Positions 18,961-28,000 of a stretch of 64,000 nucleotides of DNA are shown one piece after another. The notes below the pieces were generated by a model. That model was not told where the DNA came from and did no database searches. It saw only the letters and a program-made list of their open reading frames with translations. The stretch covers positions 9,938 through 73,937 of the forward strand of contig JBEBGD010000016.1 of NCBI GenBank assembly GCA_040081625.1. Reading direction: 5' to 3'. This stretch comes from Chthoniobacteraceae bacterium (GTDB taxonomy: Bacteria; Verrucomicrobiota; Verrucomicrobiia; Chthoniobacterales; Chthoniobacteraceae). The position numbers and the translations under genes were made by a program. Each line of letters starts with the position of its first letter. Positions within the stretch are counted from its first letter, which is position 1.

Positions 18961-21900
18961 CTACGGCCCGGTCGCCACGCGCACTTTGTAAAACCTCGGC
19001 AGCACGCTCGCGTTCGTGTCCGTGAACTCGCTCGTCGTCCCCGTCGCCGGGATCGGCGTCGGACCGCTCACGACGGTGAAACTCATCGGATCGAGCGTGG
19101 CACTCGCGAGCACCTCGTAGTTCACCCCCGACACGCTGCTCCAGCGCAGCCGCACACTGCTCGCGCTCAGCCGCTCGGTTTCGATCACCTTGAAAACCTC
19201 CGCCGTGGAAAACGGATCGGTCCCCGCCACGTCTTCGCTCGCATTGCTCGCGCCGTCGCCGTCCGCGTCGCCCGCCGCGCTGAGCAGCGTCGTGCCGCTG
19301 CTCGCGGGAGTCGCCGCGCCGAGGATGCCGGCGTTGTTGATTGCGCGCACGCTCGCCTGGAGCACCTGACCCTCGGCGCCGGTGAAGTTGAAACTCGTCA
19401 CGTTGCCGAGCGTGAAGACCTGCGGCCCGCCCGCGCCGGTGATGGTGATCTGATAGCCCGCGATGCCGCCGTCGGGATCGCTCGCCGCGGTCCACGAGAA
19501 CGTCACCTGACTCCCGATCGCGAACGCCTTCGGAGTCGCAGGCGTGCCGCCCGCGGGCGGCGGCGTCACGTCGTAGAGCTTGAGGTATTGCGCCTCGTAA
19601 GGCGCCGTCGTCCACGCGCCGGTGGTCCCCGGCACCCTGTTCAGGCCGACGTAAACGCCGTTGCCCAGCACATCCGTCCCCGTGCGCCCCGCGCCCCAAA
19701 GCCACACGCTGTTGCGCGTCGCGTCCTGCGCCGTGTAGGCGGAGGAGTTCTTCACGTTGTAGGTCCGCGCAGCCTTGATCCCGAAAAGATTCGAGCCGCC
19801 CTGCGTGATGTTCACGTTGAACGTGCCCGACTCGTTCGCGTCGCGGTCGAGGTTCACAAACGCGAACACCACGTCGCTCACGCCCGGCGACGCGTTCGCC
19901 GCCGCATACTTCGCCACGGAGAAAATCCGCTGGTGCGTGCCGCCGACTTTCTGGTCGAGGAAGTAGCGGTTCGCAGATCGCAGCGCCGGACTCAGCCGCC
20001 GCGCGCCGCCGATCGCCGCATACACCGGGTAAAGTTGGTCGTTGCCGAAGTCCGCGTTCGTCCACGCCGGCATCATCGAGTTCCACGTCTTGAAGTGCGG
20101 GATGAACTTCCCGAAATTTTTCTCCTGCAAATCAAACCCGAACAGAGTGCTGATGCCCAGCTCCTGCCCGCTGAAGATCATCGGCACGCCATCGTTCGTG
20201 CCATAGACCGCGTAGCGCAGCAGCGACTGCCACGGGTCCGCGAGACTGTCCTCGTCGTGCGAGAGCGTCGTCAGCAGCACCGGCGCCTGTCCGTAGGCCG
20301 TGCGCCGGCTCTCGAAGATTCCGCGCAGGTCGCTCGTCATCGTGTTCGACGACACGTTCAGCCCGCGCACCGCGAAGAGAATGTCCTCGTTCAGCACATC
20401 GAAGTGCCGCGACGATCGATACGTCACCGGTCCACCGTCGAGGCTCTCGGCCATGAAAACGAACGCCCACTTCCGCGTGCGCGTCTTGTTGATCACATAC
20501 TCCCAGCCCTGCGGCGGCATCCCCTGTGCGAAGTCCGCGCGCAATCCGTCCACGCCCTTCCACGTCTGATCCGCGGGCGAAGTGCCCGTCGTGCAGCCCG
20601 TCTGCTCCAGCCAGTGCAGGCAGTAGTCGGCGAAGTAACGCCACACGTTCTGCGTGATCGTGTCGAAGTGCCCGTTGTTGTCCCCGCTGCTCCCCTCGTC
20701 GCCGATGCTGAAGTCGAACCAGTCGCCCTCATCGAGATGATTGTCGTTGTCGCCCGGCGTATCCGTCGCCACGAGCGACGCGTAGCGCCCCCAGTAGATG
20801 TCGAAGGTGTCGATGAACTTCCCGAAGCTGTTCCGGTCGGATGCGAGCGCGATGCTTCCCGAACTGAAGGCGCGCATCGCGTAGTTGGCGCTGCGCGAGA
20901 AAAAGCGCGCCTCCTTGTTGCGGATCTCGTCCGTCGGCGCGGCGGCGGGCGAGAAGTAAGTCACGCCCTTCTCTCCCAGCTCGCAGTCGTAGGCCGTGTG
21001 GTTGAACGGCGCGTCGAGCATCACGTTCATGGTGTTCGCGCCGGCATTGTCCGCCGCATTCACGAAGCCCTGAAACTCCGTCATCGCCGCCGGCCGCGTG
21101 TTGCCCTTCGACATCCGCGGCTCGACCTCAAAGAAATTCTTCACCGCATACGGGCTGCCGAGCGCGTAGGCGTAGTTCACGTCCTCGTAAGGAGCGCCCA
21201 GATTCCACACGCGCGTCGTCGCGTTCGAGCCGGGCGCGCGCGTGTTGATGTCCGCGCCGCTGAGATGCCGCCCGTCGATGCCATAGGGATGCACCGGCTG
21301 AAACCACAGCCAGTTCACGCCGAGTCCGCGCGCGTGGTTGAGATTCCAGCGCGGCGTCCGCGTGCTGCCCGGTCCATCCCACAAATCCACGAACGTGCTC
21401 CGCGTCGCCTCCGTCGTGCCCTCGGCCTCGATGTTCAGCGTGTTCAACTCATACATCACCATCTCGCGCGCCGTCGTCGGCGAGACGACGATCGCGTGCG
21501 CGCGGAAGCACAGGTCGCCGAACGGATCGATGTAGTAGCGATACGTCCCCGGCGCATCCGCCGTCAGCCGCCAGCGCACCGTCAGCCGATACGCGCCCGT
21601 CTTCGTAGCATCGAGCGTGAGCTGATACCCGCCGCTCACGAGGCTCATCGTGTGCGCCTTGAAGTAGTGCGCGTCACTCCCGACCGTCACGACCGAGCCC
21701 GGCGGAAACTTGATCCCGTCCTCGATCGAGTCGCCGTTCGCATCCAGCTCCGCGCGATCCCGCCGGTTCAGATTCGTGAACACCTCGCACGTCTCCACAC
21801 CGGTCATCTGCGGATTGAAGAAGATCGTGAACGGCACCGACGTGCCGGCCGCTTCATCGACGAAGACGTGCGACGCGGAGTAGTTTCCCTCGACCTCGCC

Positions 21901-22002
21901 CGCGAGCCGCACCGTCGAGCTGGCGCTGATTTTCAGCGAAGCCGCCTGCGCCGGGATCGACGCGAGGAATGTGAGAAGCAGCGTGCGTTTCAACATCGTC
22001 AC
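18961..22002 (-). CDS. secreted GH13 alpha-amylase-family enzyme with Fn3-like and C-terminal domains (1013 aa)
   Basis: WLWFQPVHP, GSPYAVKNFF, LDAPFNH, DGLRADFAQG, MAES, LSHDE; GTGA overlap with the upstream gene. Confidence 0.85.
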   Translation of the reverse strand: MTMLKRTLLLTFLASIPAQAASLKISASSTVRLAGEVEGNYSASHVFVDEAAGTSVPFTIFFNPQMTGVETCEVFTNLNRRDRAELDANGDSIEDGIKFPPGSVVTVGSDAHYFKAHTMSLVSGGYQLTLDATKTGAYRLTVRWRLTADAPGTYRYYIDPFGDLCFRAHAIVVSPTTAREMVMYELNTLNIEAEGTTEATRSTFVDLWDGPGSTRTPRWNLNHARGLGVNWLWFQPVHPYGIDGRHLSGADINTRAPGSNATTRVWNLGAPYEDVNYAYALGSPYAVKNFFEVEPRMSKGNTRPAAMTEFQGFVNAADNAGANTMNVMLDAPFNHTAYDCELGEKGVTYFSPAAAPTDEIRNKEARFFSRSANYAMRAFSSGSIALASDRNSFGKFIDTFDIYWGRYASLVATDTPGDNDNHLDEGDWFDFSIGDEGSSGDNNGHFDTITQNVWRYFADYCLHWLEQTGCTTGTSPADQTWKGVDGLRADFAQGMPPQGWEYVINKTRTRKWAFVFMAESLDGGPVTYRSSRHFDVLNEDILFAVRGLNVSSNTMTSDLRGIFESRRTAYGQAPVLLTTLSHDEDSLADPWQSLLRYAVYGTNDGVPMIFSGQELGISTLFGFDLQEKNFGKFIPHFKTWNSMMPAWTNADFGNDQLYPVYAAIGGARRLSPALRSANRYFLDQKVGGTHQRIFSVAKYAAANASPGVSDVVFAFVNLDRDANESGTFNVNITQGGSNLFGIKAARTYNVKNSSAYTAQDATRNSVWLWGAGRTGTDVLGNGVYVGLNRVPGTTGAWTTAPYEAQYLKLYDVTPPPAGGTPATPKAFAIGSQVTFSWTAASDPDGGIAGYQITITGAGGPQVFTLGNVTSFNFTGAEGQVLQASVRAINNAGILGAATPASSGTTLLSAAGDADGDGASNASEDVAGTDPFSTAEVFKVIETERLSASSVRLRWSSVSGVNYEVLASATLDPMSFTVVSGPTPIPATGTTSEFTDTNASVLPRFYKVRVATGP

Positions 22003-25000
22003 TCAGGTTCCGGCAGCCGGATCTCGATCTTGTAAAAACGGTTCCCGCCCGACGGCAACCCGCCGGTCTGCGAGCCGTTGTCGGTCCAGTTGATGATCGC
22101 GCCAAAGCCGGGGATGTCCGGCGTGACTGGCGCGAAGGCCTGTCCGAGTTCGTCGGTGAAGTAGATGCGGTAGAGCCGGTCGCGCAGCGTCGGGAAGGTC
22201 AGCGTAAAGGTGCCGCCGCCACCCGCGCCGATCGCCACCGCCGGCTGGATGAAGTCGAGGGTCGCTGGGTTCGTCCCGATGATGAACTCCTGCGCGTTCG
22301 TCTTCCCGTCGCTGTCAAAGTCTCCGCTGCCGCCGTTGATTCCCGTCGCACTGTTCGGATCGAGCCCGTGCAAGCTCTCCCACCAGTCCGGCAAGCCGTC
22401 GCCATCCGAGTCCGCCGAAATCGTCGCACCCGTCTGCATGCCGAGCGAAAACGCCATCCCGTTCCCGCCGAAAACCTCGACCTGCTGCGTCTGCGCGAGG
22501 TTGCGCATGTTGATCGTGTCGAACTCCACGCCGCTGTCGCGATCCACCGCCGCCGCTTGCAGCGACGTGCCGCTGCCGTAGCGCACAAACGCGCGCACGC
22601 TAGTCGTCGCGCCCTGGTTGTAGGCGTTGAACTCGTTGTGCGCAGCGTCGTTCGCCGTCGCGAGGTTTGCCTGTCCGTTGAGCAGCAGGTCCTGGAGGTT
22701 CGGCGACAAGCCGAAGCGAACGTAGAGCGTGTTCACATCGCCGCTCAGAGCGTAGCTCGCGCGCAGGTGCGTCGCGCGCGGCGCGAGCGTGATCGTCTTC
22801 GCGATTTTTCCGTCGCTGCTCGTGAAAACCCAGCCCGCCCCAACCGGTGCGAGCGCCGCCGAGTAACGGTCGTTCACGTAGTTCGTCGTGCCCACGCCCG
22901 CGCCGCCCGTCTGCGCGAACTGGTCGCGGAAACCGCTCACGCGATGCGCGTTCACCGCGCCGCCCGTGATGTTCGTCGCGCCTTCCACCTCCGACTCCGA
23001 GCCCGCGTAGCTGAGAAGGTTCCCGGCGACCTGGAGCACCTCGCCGCTGTGAATGTCGCGCGCCCATGCGCCCGTCATGCGCCCGCCGAGGCGCTCGAAG
23101 ACCGCGAACACACGATCGTTGAAGATCAGGTGCTCATTCTCGCCGTCGAGATCGACATCGCCCGACTCCGTCAGCGCCGTCGCATTGTAGGCTCCCGCCG
23201 TCGCCGCCGCGGCCCATGTGTCCACGCGTTTGAAGACCGCGGCGAACCGGAACTGCGCCTGCGCGGTTTTCGAGAAGCCCGCGAGATTCTGGAACGAAGT
23301 GTCCGGCACGATGTAGGCGCCCGTGCTGAACTTGCGCAGATCGCTGCTCGTCTGGTTGTGAAATGCCGTCTCGAACGCCGCCGCGCCCGCCGTCCCGCGC
23401 GCCAGCTTCGACAAGCCGCTCGCGCCCGTCGTCAGCACCTCCGCCCAACTCGCGCCGGATGCGCCCGTCCCGAGCGCCACGCTGCCGAATTCCTTCCCGA
23501 CCGGGAGCTGCACGCCCGCGCGAATGTCGAAGCGCTTGTCGCGCAGCGACTCCTCGCGCCCGCTCTGGCCGTTGAACCAGTTGTCATACGACTCCTGCGT
23601 CGCGTGGTCGATGAAGTCGTGGGCCGTCTTCGCCAGCGCGGTCTGCGTCCCGCGCGCGACCGTTCCCCACGCGTCGCCGAGGCCATCGGGCGGTTGCGAA
23701 AGATCGACCTGCCCGCCGGCGATCTGCGCGGGCGTCACGAGCTGCGTCCACGGACGACTCGCAAGCCAGCGGATGTTGCGATCGTAGGCGTCCGCCTTCG
23801 TCTTGTCCGTGAAGTCCTCCCAGTTGCTGAAAAGGATCACCACCTGGTCCTGTGTGCCGCTGCGCGCCTTGCGATGCAGCAGGTCGCGCAGCGAGAGCGC
23901 CGCGCCGCCGTCCGTGTTCGAGAAGCGGTAATTGCTCGCCTGGTCGTTGATGACGAAACACTTCACGCCGTTGATTTCGTTGAGCCGGTAGCCGTCGTTG
24001 CCGAGCGCGCTGTTGCGCCCGAACCACTTCATGAGGTGCCGCATCTGGTCGATGAATGTGTAGCCGTAGCCGAGCCCGCCGATCCCCGTGAGCGTGGCAT
24101 GGTTCGCGACGCGCTCGGGATTCCACAGCACCTGCGTCGAGTGCGTGTTGCCGTAGATCGTCCCGAGGAATTCGTTCGCGAGCCCGATGTTCGACGCGTT
24201 GAACGTCGGCGAGAAATAATCGAGCACGTGATCGGAAAAAGTGCTGCCGATCAGCCCGAGCACGCCGGCTTGCGAGAGCGTCTTGATGCGCGTGTTGAAT
24301 GCCGGCCCGTCGCGATACTGCCGCGGCGAAACCGGATCGACCTTCGCCCACTGGATCGCCGAGGCCAGCGTCGGCGTGATGTGCATCGCGGCGCGCGCGC
24401 CGTAGGCTTCATGCACATCGAGCGGCCTGTGGAAGCCGGCGCCCGCTGCGTTGTTGATGAGCGCCTGCACGTTGCTGGCCGGCACGATCGCCTGGTTGCC
24501 GTGGATGAGCGTGATGACCTTCGCGCGCTTGCCGCGGTCGTTTGTCGCGCCCGCGCCGAGTTTGCCGCGCAGCACGCTGTTCACCGACTGAGAGAGGAAG
24601 TTTTGGTCCGCGTAGTAGTCGCTCGCGAGGAAGTCGTCGGTGATCGTGTCGCGGATGTCGTTGCGCCCGCCGATGTCGCCGGGGCCGACCGGACTATTCG
24701 CCGTGCCGTCTTTCGTCGTGAAGACCTGGTAGTTGAGTTGCGCGGGGTTCAGTCCATTCCAGCCCGCGTCGAGCAGCGCCTGCCGGCTGATCGAGAACTC
24801 CACCGCGTCGAGGTCGCTGTTGAAATAGGCCTTCTTGAATCCGTTCGCCGCGTTCTGGTCGCGCGCGACGACGCCGAACGACGCCGGGCTTTGGTTGATC
24901 GACACCGTGTTGCTCGCGTTGTTCGTGTCCACATACACGCGGCCGTTGTTGCCCGAATACGCCGCGACCACCGCCTCCCAGCGCATCTCGGTCGCGACAT

Positions 25001-28000
25001 CGACTTGATCCGGCAGCGCATACTCGCCGCTCGCCGGGTTGCCCGTGTCGATCACCACATAAGCGTCGAGTCCGCCGTCCTCGGCGAACGGTTTCAAGTC
25101 GCGTAGATCGATGCGGAAATAGAAATTGCCGTCGCCTCCGCTCGCGATCGCGCCGCCGTCGTGCGCGTAGAAGGCGACGATGTCGCGCGACGAATCGAAG
25201 CCGTCGTTGCGATGGTAGATGTCACTGCCCTGGTTGTTCGGCCCGTCGCCGTCGTATTCGTCGAAGGCGATCAGGTCGTCCGAAGTCCAGTCGGTGAACT
25301 CCTTCGCATTGCTCACGCCGCCGACGATCACCGGCGTCTGCGGGCCGATCACGATCGAGTTCGGCGGCGGCGGCACGCCGGTGTTCGGGGATTTTGGATC
25401 GGTGCCGTTGGTCAGTTCGATCGAGTTGATGAATCCATCGTTGTCCGGATCGCCGCTCGCGCCGTTCGCGGCGACGCCGGGGCCGCCTGTGCGCATGTTC
25501 AGCGTGCCGTCGTCGAGCGGATCGAGCCCGAAGCGGACCTCCCAGCCATCGGGGAGGTCGTCGCCGTCGGTGTCGGCATTGAGCGGGTCAGTCTCCGTCC
25601 ACAGTTCGCCGGTGTCATGGATGCGGTTGTTGTTCGTGTCGCCGGCGATGAGCCCGTCGAAATCCTTGTCCTCGCCGAAGCCATCGTTCAGCCCGTCCTC
25701 GTCGCTGTCCGCCTTCGTCGGGCTCGTTTCGGTCCACGTCTCGCCCGCGTCCATCTTGTTGTTCGGCCAGTCCGTGCTCGCCACGCCGCCGGGTCGATCG
25801 GTGGCAAAATTCGTCGTCGCTGGTTGCAGCAGCTTGCCGTCGCCGTTGACCCAGCCGTTGCGGTTTGCGTCCTCGACGCCATCGGAGATTCCGTCGCCAT
25901 CGGTGTCCGGATTGTTCGGGTTCGTCACGCTGCCCGCGCGCTGCGCCGCGCGGTCGCCGCCTTCCGCGACCGTGTTCACGCCGGGCACTTTGCCGACATT
26001 ATCCGTCGTGTTGTAAAATGGCGGATCGAGATCGCCGATGAAGTTCGGGAAGCCGTCGCCATCCGTGTCGGTCGCCGGATTCGTCGGCGGGTTCGCCGCG
26101 GTGCGCCAGCCCACTTCCAGCCCATCGGGCAGGCCGTCGCCGTCGGAGTCGGGCGAGAGCGGATTCGAGCCGCCGTAGGCGTGGTGAACGTGCACCTGCC
26201 CATTGGTCCACGTCTCCGAATTGCCCGCGGGCAGCGGGGTGATCGTCGCCTCGCCGAGATCGCCGAGGCCGTCCTCGTCGTCGTCCTCATCGGCTTCATT
26301 CGACGCGACGATCTGCCGGAACACGACCGTCGTATTGCGCGTCTGCGTGCCTTCCGGCTCGGGGTCGCCGTCGGTCTGCACATTCGCGGTGAAGGCGAAC
26401 GAACCGGCTGTGATGTTCGACCACAGGAAACGCCAGAACAGGTGATTGCCCTGCGTTTGCGGATTCGGCGTGCCGTCGCTGATCAGCGTCGCGGTGCCCG
26501 CGTTGTCCTGGAATGCGATCGCGACTGCCGTCGCCTCGCTCCCCGTTTCCACCTCGATGGTGAAGCTGCGCTGCTCCGGCGTCGGCACCGCGACCGCCGG
26601 CAGCACGATCTCGTATTTCTTTCCGTCCGAGTCGATCTCCGGCGGGTTGTTGATGCTCACGAAGACGGCTGGCTGCGTGATCTCCGCGCGCACTTCGCGG
26701 GTCGTGACGAGGTCCGTGTCGGGCGACGGCCGGTTCATCGTCACGCGGACGGTGTGGAGGAAGTCGGGCACGCCGTTGTAGAGATTCGGCAGAGCGAACT
26801 GGAAATCGTGAAAGCCCGGCGCGGCGTTGTAGATGATCGGCAGCGTCTGCGCGCTCTGCACGACGGCGCCCGCGAGCGAGCCCGACTCGCCGCTCGCGAT
26901 CTCGACGACAAGCCGCGCGCGCAGTTGCGCCTCGGTCAGCCCGTTTGCGAGCGAGTCGGTGAAGCGCACCTTCATCACGTAGCCCTCGCCGACGGTCTGC
27001 CCGTCCTGCTGCGGATACGCCACGAACATCCGCAGGTTCGGCCCGGCCGCGTTCACGGTGCGGGTCAACTCCGTCACATGCGCGCCCGCGGCGGAGAGGC
27101 TCATATTGCGCGACGACGAGACTTCGAGCAGCCGCACCTTGATCGTCGCCGTGCCGCTCGCCGGGACGTTGCGGTAGTTGAACCGCCACTCGCGTGGGAA
27201 GGCGGACGCGATGTTCAGCGACGGCGTGACCTCGTTCACCTTCATCCAGGCCGACGGGACGTTCGCATCGAAGACGCCGTTCGCGTTGATGTCCGTGAAC
27301 GCCTCCGTCGTGTCGCGCACGCCGTTGCCATTCGCGTCGGCGAACGGCTCCGGACCCGCGCCATTCCCGGCCTGCCCGCCAGTGGCGCTGTCGTTGTTGG
27401 TCGCGTCGCCGTCGTCGATGTGGACCCACACTTCGGTCACGCTCGGGTCGGTGCGCACCACGCAGCCGTATTGCTGCCCGCCGACGGTGTCGCCGTTGTT
27501 CGCGGGGAATTTGATCTCACCGCCGGGCGTCTGCGTGTCGTAGTAAAAGGTCTGCGTCCACGTGTTGTAAATCGACGCCTTCCCGCTGCGGCTGAGGAAA
27601 GCGCGCGCGCGCAGCATGTGGAAACCCTCGGCTAGACCGGTGCGCTCCTCGCTGTAGTCGTTGTGCGTGCGCACCTTCGCGGTCGTCGCGTTGAAGTTCG
27701 GAATCTGAAAGACGGTCTCCATCCGCTTCTTCAAATCGACCTCCGGCGCGCCGCTCGGGAAGACGCTGCCGGCGGTCGTGTTCAGCGCGCCCACTTTGTA
27801 GCGCAGCACCGTGCCGCTGGCCTGCGCGGGGATCGTCCCGGTCCACCAGTCGGTGATGCTCGAGCCGTCGGGCAGGCCGTGCTCCTGGTAAGCCATCGCG
27901 ACGACCTGTGTCGTGCCTTTTCCAAGCCCGCCCGAGCCCTCCGGAGCGGAACTGTCGGTCGTGTAGTAGAGCCACACCTGGTTGACCTGGAACTGGTAGG

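Noticed and set aside
21999..22016. LPEPE at the end of the giant protein as a PEP-CTERM signal
   Set aside because: No following TM helix or basic cluster.
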